Source: Ascoidea asiatica JCM 7603
Lineage: Eukaryota; Fungi; Ascomycota
Length of the DNA stretch: 64,000 nucleotides
Direction: 5' to 3'
Assembly: GCA_001600695.1 (NCBI GenBank)
Contig: BCKQ01000006.1
Location: 260,315-324,314 of the forward strand
Positions 11,801 through 22,629 of the stretch are shown one piece after another; within the stretch, counting starts at the first letter, position 1, and each line of letters starts with the position of its first letter. A program made the position numbers and the translations under genes. The notes under the pieces were generated by a model. The model had not been told where the DNA came from, ran no database searches, and saw only the letters and a list, made by a program, of their open reading frames with translations.

Positions 11801-12114
11801 TCATCATCTGGACTATTAATATTATTATTATGATTATTTGGATTGATAAATCCATCATTTTGTTGATTTAAAGGATTTTGAAGTTTTCTAATATCTAAAT
11901 CAGATTCAAAAATAGCATCAAAATCATCATTATCAGATTTATTCAAATCATTATTTGAAAAATCTTTTAAATCTTTTAATTCATCATTTTTCTCATCATT
12001 TTCAATATTATTTCCTTTTTCAATATCATTTTGTTTCAGGAATGGAGTATTTATTGATAAATCTGGTGATTTGAAGAATCTTTCTTCATCATCCTCAGCT
12101 CCTTTTAAACTCAT
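8809..12114 (-). CDS. Polytopic membrane protein with two UPF0658-like modules
   Basis: Two multi-TM blocks separated by a polar linker. Motifs such as FQIHRASL and IMNFNNGLK resemble the UPF0658 family. Confidence 0.55.
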   Translation of the reverse strand: MSLKGAEDDEERFFKSPDLSINTPFLKQNDIEKGNNIENDEKNDELKDLKDFSNNDLNKSDNDDFDAIFESDLDIRKLQNPLNQQNDGFINPNNHNNNINSPDDEIFTKTDLHSRKLINSNDYLSNDKKNIPLTPTTDTKLTKETLIKQNSKSNLNSNKNNNKRNKFSYFEGLKSNKILLIFFLNSVISVILSIPFQCVMLDKIVLISRNYRSVTLDTTFSASKYLFIPYYATANFLKNTNPEQYTSMSLDISTPIDIFLPTIILMFAKIFQIIVTFLSIHSKNMIQVIFLLIYLILVLIFSAFLYNGTATSFSISNTTQIWNDSINTSYYDHLFKVFSYLLIAFSGLTALVQLIFFWFYAKKAIVNESYDDLGNSSFSKKKILYNFQIHRASLTLSCFTSMVFNLLFVDMISSTASSNFHIFLIFLTPFYLILQDFFASFEKFYGLFITGVLFNSFYIFFNFSQILIIFKLRSIHQYPIKFFIMKVYFLFYFLLLILNIIMSLKVIMNFNNGLKDIFSKSYTRFFKFTPKKNNSFSSRGLAKKNNQMNQNSFELNEFTKKSIPNPDLNSLNPNDSLRDLEYSRQRSLRFLPEDDDDNSILNTANREPSPSNQIFNHNDTNELLVNKKDNSNSNSINKDYSQQSNPEIYKLANKIKSFNFIFIISSIILSIAFIIIESIFYNNQKNFTSIMGDNIPYEFLISFDKHLKTFLQFPKRTLISNFSTLIFGEVYSIVIIVLLYLCLNENFFKNLANKILYSKKKSSSNIYDNQDTFITHFKILSILLTFIQIILTMCQYGQMYFCYFLFDYKQKDVHKNVRRDILKFGWTVIGLLFLKFIFQSFLFASIQNYINKKSCLEHPRKAITEIDEDDDDFDFRELIVKKNYDLNIFFKNAILFSIYFFIAYIINITNKIQKLSNVELGLAIALIVIVFILLIILYLNSTLIYSNYQEKKSELDKRKMNIRKSETFYGLTSYTLLIIFLAYPIYQISRIKKTEIFKLFKQLSFQYLITFYYGNKNQIYSDQSFDDFGDTYLPHTFAFNIVSEYYRFYIIFFSSLVIALIVCLGLTLDLLLFGEKSISKSIIRLFMYRMQKKMHGRNRSL

Positions 12115-13470
12115 TATTGAATAAGTTTTCTTCGTTTTGATTGAATTAAATGAACTTTCTTAATTGAAGTTAAAGAATGTGATAAAAAAAACAAATCCTA
12201 GAGTATTATTGGAAAGAATAGAAAACTTATTATCAACATTTAAAGAAAATAATAAGAATAATCAATGAGAAAATCCGAATATAAATATATAAATAAGATT
12301 ATTATAATACATTGTCATATTCATTTTGGTAAAATTGGATTACAGTGGATAAATAGAATAAATTTTATATGGTAAAAAGGCAAAAGAATTTAGTAATTGG
12401 TATAGCCCTTTAGAGAAGCTAAATCTGGAAAATCTAAGCTTTGAGAGTCTCCTTTTCTACGGTAAAATACGAAGGAAGCTTCAACGCGAGACCTCGCAGC
12501 AGATGCAAAAGCAGAAAAGTCACCTCCATTTTCGGGGTCGGGGAGGCTGTTTGTGGCTGGCCAATGACAATGTGTGGCAATGTATGGCTATTTTTAGATT
12601 ATTTGTGGCAACTGATGGAAGCAATGCAGGGTAGAAAAGTGCATGTAACAGTATTAGGCAGTGCTATGTACATGTACCAGAGTTGTGGATTTATCTCCTC
12701 TGCATGGATTAGGTAAGTTATTATATAATTAACAGTTTGAACCAGAACTGTGGATGACAAAAATATGCATTTAGAGCTTGCTTGCCATGATAATAAAGCT
12801 TTAGGTATTTGTATGGGAATAAGCACTCCACTTTCAAGTGTCACTCTTGTTGACATTTTGTAAAGTAATATTCAAATAAAGGGTTAGTGAAATAAAGCAT
12901 TATTAGAATATCAATAGAATATTAAAGAAATGTAAAGAAATATTCTAATAAAAAAATGCAAATAAAAATTCAAACTAGCTCTAAACTTGGGATCCTTTAA
13001 ACCAAATCACCTTATTTGATCACTGTTAAGAATCTTCACAATCTTCCCATATTATTTTATCAAATCAAATCAAATAAAATTAATAAAATCAAGAATTAAT
13101 AGGCAATAAAAATTAGAATCAAAATGAATAAATTCAATCATAAGATTTTTGTCCTTACTTAACATACTGTAGTATTAAAATTAGTTTTAGAAAATGAATT
13201 GAATTGAAATGAATTGAATCTTCTACGTATTTGGATTCATCGTATTTAAATTCATCGTATTCTCTTCAATTAAAAATTATTCATACTCGTTTTAATATTC
13301 TTTTCTTTATCTTCATAATTAATTAAATTCAAATATTTCAATTACATCAATTAATCAATCAATTAATCAGATAATCAATCAACTAAATACCTTATTTTAC
13401 AAATATTCTTATAACATTATACAATTATACTTTTATTCTTTAAATTAATAAAAAATTAAATTAAATCAAA

Positions 13471-13698
13471 ATGTTTTCAACTAATTCAAATCAATTCACT
13501 TCAAAAAGATTTATTTCAAATGTTTCTAAAACAACTTCTCATGCAACAAATTCTTCATTATCCCCAAATGTTAAATTAGCTTTAACTGTATGTTTAGGTG
13601 GTTGGGCTCTTGGTGCTATGGCAATGTCAAAATATTATTATAAACAATCTCCAATGAAAAAAATTTATGATCATGCTGAAGCTCAAGCAAAATATTAA
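13471..13698 (+). CDS. Small single-pass mitochondrial protein (75 aa)
   Basis: AAAATG start context, acid-free S/T/K/R presequence, one TM segment (LALTVCLGGWALGAMAM), and codon usage typical of host genes. Confidence 0.7.
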   Translation: MFSTNSNQFTSKRFISNVSKTTSHATNSSLSPNVKLALTVCLGGWALGAMAMSKYYYKQSPMKKIYDHAEAQAKY

Positions 13699-14984
13699 TT
13701 CTATTCATAATGTTATTGATTTTCTATCTTAATTTTATCTTTTACGACTAAACGTTTATTTTTTTTTTTTTTTCTGTTTTTACCTTTCATTGCTAATTTT
13801 TTAAATTATTATTTTTTCTTTACTGTTTGTACTCTCTAATATTCTAATTCCATTTTCATTTTGGATTTTTTATATACTTTTATCTAATATATAATCATTT
13901 CTTAATGATTTCATAATCTTATTCATTATTTTCAATTCTTTCTCAAACTGTAAATTTAAATAAAATAAACTCTTTAAAGCTTTAACATGAATTCAAATTC
14001 GGAAATTTTTGATTGATTTGTTATATCAATTAAAGTTCAATCGTGTAATAGAAGAATATAATAACTTTTCATAACTTTTAAAACAATTGTTTTTATTTTA
14101 ATTGCAGACAGATTCCAAGAAATAATAGACCCAGTTGATAATGTACTTAGTTAAGTATGGCAATTACAGCTTGATCTCAAATGCCTAAAATAATAATTAA
14201 TTTAACAGTTATGTTATTTGTAGCAGAAAGTGGATTGCCTGATTCAGAAGCAGTTCGGATTTCATTTTATTTAAGAGGGTTTATCCGTTTTTGGAAATCC
14301 AATTTGATATGCGTTGAGAGGCATTTGGTGAGAATTTACTATCGGGAATAACTTTCTTAATACGACAAATAATCAGAAAGTTTTTCCGAAATTTTTTCAT
14401 ATTATTTTAAGCTTTGGAAGTATCCACATGCAAAGCACTCTCCTGTGCACGCAGTTATAATAATGTATAGCTATTTCCGACTTTTTTTTTTGACAGAACT
14501 TATCATGTGATTCACAAAAAAAACTCGTGATATTACATAAGTTCTATGAGAGTTTTTGTGGGCTCTTAGAATTGTTCCGCGGGTAATGTCCAAAAAACCG
14601 TGCTCCGGTTTTTTAAACGGCATTAAACGTCAATTGGCATTTTTTGTCTTAGAAAAAATTAGTGAATTTTCTTCCGGCAGTAAAGCTTGCATTTTTATTA
14701 TTGTTATCAACAAAGAAATATGGACTTCTTTCAATATTCAAAAGCCTGGAATTTGATAGGAATTTGATAGGAATTTTATTGAAATTCTATTGAAACTAAA
14801 ATAAAATATAAAATAATCATTAAAATATATTTGAATTCTTCTTTTTTTTTTCCATTTACATTTATTTTTTTTCATTTTTATTGTTTATTACATTCAATTC
14901 AGTTCAGGTTGGTTTCTCATCTAAAAATATTATTAATACAAACTTGTATTAAAACAATCTTGTTTTAATTCATATAGAATAGAA

Positions 14985-17900
14985 ATGCCATTCTATTCAA
15001 TTCATGATGTTAAAAAAATCATCAATTATAAATATAAAACAAGTTTAAAACCATTATTGAAAAAATATCTTTTTCCAAATTTTATCTCTGTTCATTATTT
15101 TTATATAATTCTGATGACTTTCTTAGGCTCATTTTTAATTTTAGTTTCAAATCCTTCAAAAGATTTTTATTCTTCAGATTCCAAAAAGAGAATAAAATAT
15201 ATTGATGCTTTATTTTTTAGCGCTTGTTCAACAACTCAAGCTGGTTTAAATCCAATTGATATCAATAAATTATCAATTTATCAACAACTTATACTTTATA
15301 TAATTTGTATGTTGACAACTCCAATTTTTATTCATTCTGCTGTTTGTTTTTTTAGACTTTATTGGTTTGAAAAATTTTTTGATAATATTAAATTTACTTC
15401 AAAATTAGATCATACTTCAAGAAGAAATATGACTTTAGCAAATCAAAAGACTTTGAATCAAAATTCAATTTCTAATATTAATATAAATATCAATGATATT
15501 CCTTTAGAAAATTTAAATCATCAAAAATTTCAGTCTTCCAATAATGATATACATCCTCAAAAAAATAATACAGAAAATGATAACTATAATAATACTAATG
15601 ATAATGATAATGATAATATAGATATAAAATCTTCTTTAGAATCATCTTCTTTAACAAATAATGATATCGATACTCAAAATATTAATCAAATTAATAATAA
15701 AAATGAGGATTTAAGTCAAATTATTCAAAATAGAGATATTAGATTTGCAGAAAATTTACCACATCCTTCAAAAAATAAAAATAATTCTCTTTCGAATAAT
15801 CAATCTCAAAACAATCCAAATTCAAATTCTCATTCAAATCATAATAGAAGAAAATCTTTTAATCCAAGTGATATGTATTTATCAATTGCAATTTTACAAA
15901 ATAAATTAAAATCAAAAAATATTTCTCCATCTGAGTCAATTAATCAAAGTAATGAATCTTTAAATTATATACCACATTTGAACTCAAATTCTGATTTAGA
16001 TAATGGTCCTGCTTTAGTTATTAAAGGTCCTGCTGAAAGAGAAGAAGAAAAATTAAGAAAAGAAAATTTAAATAAACTTAAAAATAAAAAAAATAAAAAA
16101 ATTAATCAAAGACATAAAAGAATTTCAAATAGAATTGAAAAATTAAGATCAAGAAAAAATTCAATAAATTTTCATTATAGAAAACCATGGATTTCAAAAG
16201 ATAATAATAATAATAAAAATAAAAATTCAAGAAGAAATTTTAGAAAAAATTCAATAATGACTGATAATTCTGTTCATATTGCAATTGATGATTCAATTAA
16301 TGATATTTCAATATCTGATAATAATAATGATCTTCAATTTAATCCACTTAATCCACTTAATCAACTTCAAGGTCATAATCTAAGCCAAAATAATGAATAT
16401 GATGAAGATGAAGATGAAGAATATGATGAAGAAGATGAAAGTGAAAATGAAAGTGATAGTGATAGTGATGATTATGACAGTAATAGTAATAATGGAAGTG
16501 GAAGCGGAAGTGAAAGTGATTTAGAAGAGTCTGATTTAAGTTTAGATGATAATGAAGATAATATTCAATCTTTATCTAATAATAACAATCAAATTGGAAA
16601 TTCATTTTCAAATCAAACTACTATTATAAATAGTACAAATACTCCTAACTCTGATAATTCAATTATAGATAAAAATAATAATATTAAGAATAAAAATAGT
16701 AATGGTGGATTTGATATTTCTTCAAATTACACAACTGCTCCAAGCAGTAATAATACAAGTATAAAAATATTTGATCCTCGTGATTATTCATCAAATAATC
16801 ATAGTACTGATACTAAAAATAATACTAATGAAACTGATGATGATAATGATGATTTTAATAATAGCAGTAATGATAGTTTCAGCAATAAATTACCTCCAAT
16901 AGAAAGACAATTAACTGAAATTATTAAACCTTCAATTGATCAAATTAATAATAAAAAATTTCTAAAAAGATCTGCAACTTTAGAAGTTTTACCAACTAAA
17001 ATTAAAAACAAACATTCAAAAGTTAAAAAATCTCCAACTTTTGAAAATTTTGTTAAAGAAAAATTAAAATCTTCTAATGGTGGTATTAAGAATAATAATA
17101 ATAATAATATCAATAATAATAAACAAAATTATGAAGAAAAAAGTTTAAATTTTAAAGATGATAAAGATGAAATTTTGGCTAGATATTCAAAAAAGCGTAA
17201 TCAGCAACGTAAAAGATCTAAAAAATCAAGAAAAGATATATCATCAAGAAGACCAAGATTATCCTCTTATAATTTTCACTCAGCTAAAACTATTTCAAAT
17301 GCTTTGAAAAGAAAGTATACAACTGATTCCTCAATTTTTGATGGAGATTCTATAAAAACTAATAAATTTAATCCAAATTATTTATCTTGGAATCCAACTC
17401 TTGGTAGAAATTCTACATTTGTAGATTTAACTGAAGATCAAAAACAAGAATTAGGTGGTGTTGAATATAGAGCAATTAAATTATTAGTTAAAATTTTGTT
17501 AATTTATTATGTTGGTTTTCATGTTTTATCATTACTTTTTTTCTTACCTTGGATTTCAGCAATGAAAAATCATATAAATTATCTTAAAAGTTATGGTGTT
17601 AATTTTGTTTGGTGGGGATTTTTCACTTCAGCTTCAATGTTTAATGATTTAGGTTTTACTTTAACTCCAGATAGTATGTCATCTTTTAGTCAGTCTGTTT
17701 TCCCATTACTTGTTGGAAGTTTTTTTATTGTAATTGGTAATACTGGTTTTCCAATTTTTTTAAGATTCATAATTTGGTCATTATTTAAAATTGCTCCTGA
17801 ATTATCTTTAATTAAAGAATCTTTAGGATTTTTATTAGATCATCCAAGACGTTGTTTTACATTATTATTCCCAAAAGTTCCAACATATTGGTTATTATTT

Positions 17901-18662
17901 GTTTTAATTGTATTAAATGCAATTGATGTAATTTTATTTATTATATTAGATTTAAATAATTCTTCAATTGATTCAATTCCTGTTGGCTATAGAGTTTTAG
18001 ATGCTTTTTTTCAAGCTTTTAGTACAAGAACAGCAGGTTTTACAGTTGTTGATTTATCAAAATTACATCCTTCAGTTCAAGTTAGTTATATGTTAATGAT
18101 GTATATTTCAGTTTTACCGTTAGCTATTTCTATTAGAAGAACTAATGTTTATGAAGAACAATCATTAGGAGTTTATGGAAAACCAGAGGAAGAAGAAAGT
18201 GTAACAGATATTGAAAAAGTTCCAAAAACTTTTATTGGAGCACATTTAAGAAAACAATTATCATATGATTTATGGTTTGTATTTCTTGGATTATTTATTA
18301 TATGTATTGCAGAAGGTGATAAATTAAGTGATGATTCACAAACAGATTTTACAATTTTTCAAGTTTTATTTGAAATTGTTTCTGCTTATGGTACAGTTGG
18401 ATTATCATTAGGATATCCAGATACTACTACATCATTTTCTGGACAATTTACAACAGTTTCAAAATTAGTTATAATTGCAATGGTTATTAGAGGAAAACAT
18501 AGGGGTTTACCGTATGCTATTGATCGTGCTATAACATTACCTTCAGATAAATTAATGAGAAGAGATGCAGTTCAAGCTTCACATGCATTGCATAGACAAG
18601 TAACATTAAATCGTATCAATAGTTCATTAACAAATGAACGTGAACGTACTAATGATTTTTAA
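14985..18662 (+). CDS. TRK1: High-affinity potassium transporter
   Basis: Trk pore motifs TQAGLN, FNDLGFTLTPDSM, STRTAGF and SAYGTVGLSLGY; LGGVEYRA; long low-complexity cytosolic loop. Confidence 0.95.
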   Translation: MPFYSIHDVKKIINYKYKTSLKPLLKKYLFPNFISVHYFYIILMTFLGSFLILVSNPSKDFYSSDSKKRIKYIDALFFSACSTTQAGLNPIDINKLSIYQQLILYIICMLTTPIFIHSAVCFFRLYWFEKFFDNIKFTSKLDHTSRRNMTLANQKTLNQNSISNINININDIPLENLNHQKFQSSNNDIHPQKNNTENDNYNNTNDNDNDNIDIKSSLESSSLTNNDIDTQNINQINNKNEDLSQIIQNRDIRFAENLPHPSKNKNNSLSNNQSQNNPNSNSHSNHNRRKSFNPSDMYLSIAILQNKLKSKNISPSESINQSNESLNYIPHLNSNSDLDNGPALVIKGPAEREEEKLRKENLNKLKNKKNKKINQRHKRISNRIEKLRSRKNSINFHYRKPWISKDNNNNKNKNSRRNFRKNSIMTDNSVHIAIDDSINDISISDNNNDLQFNPLNPLNQLQGHNLSQNNEYDEDEDEEYDEEDESENESDSDSDDYDSNSNNGSGSGSESDLEESDLSLDDNEDNIQSLSNNNNQIGNSFSNQTTIINSTNTPNSDNSIIDKNNNIKNKNSNGGFDISSNYTTAPSSNNTSIKIFDPRDYSSNNHSTDTKNNTNETDDDNDDFNNSSNDSFSNKLPPIERQLTEIIKPSIDQINNKKFLKRSATLEVLPTKIKNKHSKVKKSPTFENFVKEKLKSSNGGIKNNNNNNINNNKQNYEEKSLNFKDDKDEILARYSKKRNQQRKRSKKSRKDISSRRPRLSSYNFHSAKTISNALKRKYTTDSSIFDGDSIKTNKFNPNYLSWNPTLGRNSTFVDLTEDQKQELGGVEYRAIKLLVKILLIYYVGFHVLSLLFFLPWISAMKNHINYLKSYGVNFVWWGFFTSASMFNDLGFTLTPDSMSSFSQSVFPLLVGSFFIVIGNTGFPIFLRFIIWSLFKIAPELSLIKESLGFLLDHPRRCFTLLFPKVPTYWLLFVLIVLNAIDVILFIILDLNNSSIDSIPVGYRVLDAFFQAFSTRTAGFTVVDLSKLHPSVQVSYMLMMYISVLPLAISIRRTNVYEEQSLGVYGKPEEEESVTDIEKVPKTFIGAHLRKQLSYDLWFVFLGLFIICIAEGDKLSDDSQTDFTIFQVLFEIVSAYGTVGLSLGYPDTTTSFSGQFTTVSKLVIIAMVIRGKHRGLPYAIDRAITLPSDKLMRRDAVQASHALHRQVTLNRINSSLTNERERTNDF

Positions 18663-19142
18663 TTCAAAATTTTTTTATTTTTTTTTTATCAATTTTTTTT
18701 TATGTTTTTTCATTTTCTTTTTATGTTTTTTCATTTTTTTTTTTTATTTTCTTTTATTTTCTTCATCGATGTTGGGATGCTAATATTTTTTAATACTTTT
18801 TTAAAGTGTTGACTTTCCAGTTAGGTAATTTGGTTTCTTTGAAATTCTCCTGTATTATATATTATATATATATTTTTTCATTCTTTAATCTTTTTTTACA
18901 ATTTTCAACTCATATTTTTCAGTTCTTTATCTATTATATAGCCATTTGGATTTTCTTCCTAGATTCTTAGCTTTTTAAGTTATGTTTTAAAAACGGCATT
19001 TATTTAGTAATTTTTTTTTTATCTGGTCATGTTTTTTAATCTTTTTATTTAATTTTTATTTTTATTTTATAGATAAAGTCATAGTAATATATATTTAATT
19101 TAATTAGGTATGTAAAAGGTATGGGTAGATATTGTATATTAA

Positions 19143-20543
19143 TTACTTTTCTCTTTGAATTTCAAATTTATCATCAAATGGAGATTCTATAGATATATTT
19201 GATTTATGAGATTTAAAAGATTTCTGAGATTGAGCATCTTTAAAAGAAGAAACACTATCAAGATCTAAATTTATAATAATATCATTTGATAAATAATTAT
19301 TTGAAGGTCTTAAAGATTTTCTATTTGAATCTTTATTATTATTATTATTATTATTGTTATTATTTGGGGTATTATTTTGGGTATTATTTTGGGTATTATT
19401 TTGAGAATTTGGATCACCATAATGTATACTACCTTCTGAACTTAAAGAAATATCAGAATCGAATTCTGAATCTGAATTTTGATTGGCTTCATTTATATTT
19501 GATAATCTTTTTGAATTTCTTTTTGATAATCGTTTTGAATTTCTTTTAGATTTTCTTTTATTTGAGTCTTTACTATTATTATTATTATTATTGTTATTTG
19601 AATTTGAATTTGAATCATTATCTGAATCTGAATCAGATTCTTCAGGTATATATTGATTTTGTAAACGACTTGATTTTTTTGGAATAGTTATAGCTTTAAC
19701 ACCACCTAATCTTGATACAGAAATTGCCGAAGCAGTTTTAACAGAATTATTATCATAATTATTATCAGAAGTTTCTGGAATTGAAGATAATGAAGTTAAA
19801 GATTTATCTTTACCTAAAACACTAACTAATTTTGGTCTTGCTCTAACAGCAGTTGTAGTTTCATCAGGATCACCAACAATTGTAGCTTTTGATAATCTAT
19901 CACCAGGAGTTGAAACATCAATATCAGAGAAATCTGAATAAGTTGATCTTGTTTTATTATGTCTTATGGTAACACCAGGTATATAAGCAATTGGAATTAA
20001 ATTTGAAGCTCTTGAGAAAATAGTTGAAGCAAAACTATTTCTTGGTTTTATTGAATTATTTAAACTTGGAGGTTTTAAAGAATTTGAATTTTGATTTTGA
20101 GATTGATTACCATTTTGAGATTGAGATAAAGATAATCTTTTTTCATATTCTTCTTGTTGTTTTTTCATTAATTCTATATAAATTTTTTTATTTTTTTTAT
20201 GTTTATACCAAAGATAAAATAAAATTAAAGAAATTAATAAAACTCCACCAATTACACCGCCTGCAATACCACCAATATTTGAAGATTTTGAAGAAGAAGA
20301 AGAAGAAGATGAAGAATCTTTTGCATCACAACGTATTGAAGCACATTTTGTACAAGTTGCAACTATCATTACACAACTTTCATCACTATCACAATCACAT
20401 TTTGGATTATCATCAGTACATGTTACACAATCTCTTTTATTTAATATGAAATTATCTAAGTCATTATTATTATTTATTGAAGATTTTATTGAAGGTTGAA
20501 TGATTATTAAATCATCATATTTATAAGCATAATCTAATGGCAT
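19143..20543 (-). CDS. OPY2: HOG/filamentation pathway membrane anchor
   Basis: Eight-Cys extracellular domain (CVTC...CDC...C...TCTKC...C), a GGxxGG TM segment, and the Ste50-binding-type motif ASNLIPIAYIPGVT. Confidence 0.9.
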   Translation of the reverse strand: MPLDYAYKYDDLIIIQPSIKSSINNNNDLDNFILNKRDCVTCTDDNPKCDCDSDESCVMIVATCTKCASIRCDAKDSSSSSSSSSKSSNIGGIAGGVIGGVLLISLILFYLWYKHKKNKKIYIELMKKQQEEYEKRLSLSQSQNGNQSQNQNSNSLKPPSLNNSIKPRNSFASTIFSRASNLIPIAYIPGVTIRHNKTRSTYSDFSDIDVSTPGDRLSKATIVGDPDETTTAVRARPKLVSVLGKDKSLTSLSSIPETSDNNYDNNSVKTASAISVSRLGGVKAITIPKKSSRLQNQYIPEESDSDSDNDSNSNSNNNNNNNNSKDSNKRKSKRNSKRLSKRNSKRLSNINEANQNSDSEFDSDISLSSEGSIHYGDPNSQNNTQNNTQNNTPNNNNNNNNNNKDSNRKSLRPSNNYLSNDIIINLDLDSVSSFKDAQSQKSFKSHKSNISIESPFDDKFEIQREK

Positions 20544-20795
20544 TTTTAGTTGATAATATAAGATAATATAGTATAATTTGATAAGATATCAAGGGATATC
20601 AATTAGTAATTTGAAATGATATAATTAATGATTTGAATTGAAGAAGAAATAAAAAGAATAAAGGAGCGAATAGAGATAAGTTAAAGGATTGAATAATCAA
20701 GATTATAAATGGAAAAATTTGAAATATTTAAAAATGAAAAGAACAAATTAAATATAATTTAATATTGTAATAGTTGAATATTTGATTGATAATAT

Positions 20796-20830
20796 ATTTG
20801 ATATTTGATATTTGATATTTGATATTTGAT
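20796..20830. repeat. (ATTTGAT)5 tandem repeat
   Basis: Five perfect 7-mers upstream of OPY2. Confidence 0.85.
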
Positions 20831-21557
20831 ATTAATATTTGGTACTTAATATCAATATTTAATATATCTCCTTGAAAGGGACGTGTAACGTTAACGTTAA
20901 TTATTAAATCCCAGCATACACCAAAATGTATCAGTCTCAGCACTTCAAATACGCAGATTCTGGAACGCTCCTGCCAAGCACCAAAAGACTCGGGGCAGAG
21001 AGTGTCCTACTGATCTACTACTACTGTCCTGCAATAACAATCCTTGATTTTTATGCCCTATGGCCTAAATATGGATTTTTTATCCGGTACATGGTAATTA
21101 ATGGATTAAATATGATTATATCCTGAAAACGGAAACATGGAAATATGGATTTATTCCGTCATGCACCAACACTTTTAACAAGGTATAAAACAGTGCATAA
21201 ATGCAGAAGTTTAGGAACCATTGGAGCGGTTCTGTTCTCCTGCTTGCCGGTGAAACCACTGCAGTGATAATAACAATAATAATAATGGAGATGATAATAA
21301 TAAAAGGTGATTCTTCTTTAGACCTTCTTTTATTATTATTTGGATTATTTCGAATATACTAGAATTTTCATTGATTTCATACTTATTTTAAATATTTAAA
21401 CAAAACAATCATCTTTTATTATCCTCACAATGTCTTCAAGAATAAAACAAAAAGTATTAATATCACTGTAATAACATATAAATATCATTTATAAAATTCA
21501 AATTTTTAACTCTAGATCATATTTTTATGAACCTTGGAGCTTAAACTATAAAAAATA

Positions 21558-22436
21558 ATGCAGAATTTTAATAGTAATAAATTTATTTCTTTAAAGAAAA
21601 ATAAAGTTAGAAAAGCTTCAATTGAATTTCCTAATGATGATTATCCAGTTAAAAGAAAGAAATTAATTCAATCTTTCAATAATCTTAAAATTTCAAATTC
21701 TTTAAATGTTTTAAATAATAACTTTAATACTAACCATAATAATACAGAAATTTCCAATAATATCTCTAAAAATATCAATACAAATACAAATAATGATAAT
21801 GATAATGATATCGATTTAGAAAAAGATTTTAAGAATAGTATATATATAAACTCAATTGATCAGTTTTTAAAAGATAATCCTGACGATAATGATAATGATG
21901 ATGATGATAAAGATAATGATAATGATAATGATAATAACAGTAATAATAATAATGAAATAACTTATGATACAGATAACGATATAATAATAGATCCAATAGA
22001 TTATTCAAACTCAAATGATAATAATAATTTCAATCATAGAAGGAAAAAATATATAATACCAAAAAAAATACTTGATCCTTTAATTTCTTCAATTTCTTCA
22101 ATTTCAAATTATAAATTCAATAAAAAACATTTTAAATCAATTGAAGAATTTAGTAATGAAAAAAATAATAACTTAAATGAAAAAAATTTATCAGTTTTAT
22201 CAAATGGTCAAATTTATTATAATTTATTTATTGATAAAAATTTTTCCTTAATTATTCATTATAATCAAAATTTATTAATATTTAATAATTTCAAAGATTG
22301 GGTTTATAAAAATAATTTAAATAATTTAAATAAATTGAATAATTTTAATCATTTTGATAATTCAAATCAAATTGAAGATGTTAATCATAATGATTATGCT
22401 GATATTGATGACGATGACGATATAGAAATGTTATGA
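21558..22436 (+). CDS. Hypothetical Asn/Asp-rich protein
   Basis: 292-codon ORF with host codon usage and an NLS-like PVKRKK; no recognised domain. Confidence 0.65.
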   Translation: MQNFNSNKFISLKKNKVRKASIEFPNDDYPVKRKKLIQSFNNLKISNSLNVLNNNFNTNHNNTEISNNISKNINTNTNNDNDNDIDLEKDFKNSIYINSIDQFLKDNPDDNDNDDDDKDNDNDNDNNSNNNNEITYDTDNDIIIDPIDYSNSNDNNNFNHRRKKYIIPKKILDPLISSISSISNYKFNKKHFKSIEEFSNEKNNNLNEKNLSVLSNGQIYYNLFIDKNFSLIIHYNQNLLIFNNFKDWVYKNNLNNLNKLNNFNHFDNSNQIEDVNHNDYADIDDDDDIEML

Positions 22437-22629
22437 ACTACAATATAAATTATCTTATAAACTTTTCATGAAACTTATATATTATAGAATATACAGTTTA
22501 TTATAATTTTTTGTAAAAATACTTTTATTTATTTACTTATTTATTAAATTTAATCAAAAAGAAAAAAAAAAACTACTTAACTTATCAAAACCAACTAAAT
22601 ATATCAAAAACCAACGATACATAATAACT

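Noticed and set aside
12441-12856. Short overlapping ORFs (91 and 85 aa), and similar ones at 26723-27144, 33810-34283 and 41997-42662
   Set aside because: They lie in GC-richer promoter islands where stops are rarer, have atypical codon usage and show no domains.
20886-20899. 14-bp palindrome TAACGTTAACGTTA upstream of OPY2
   Set aside because: Single occurrence, derivable from a short tandem repeat; no function can be supported.
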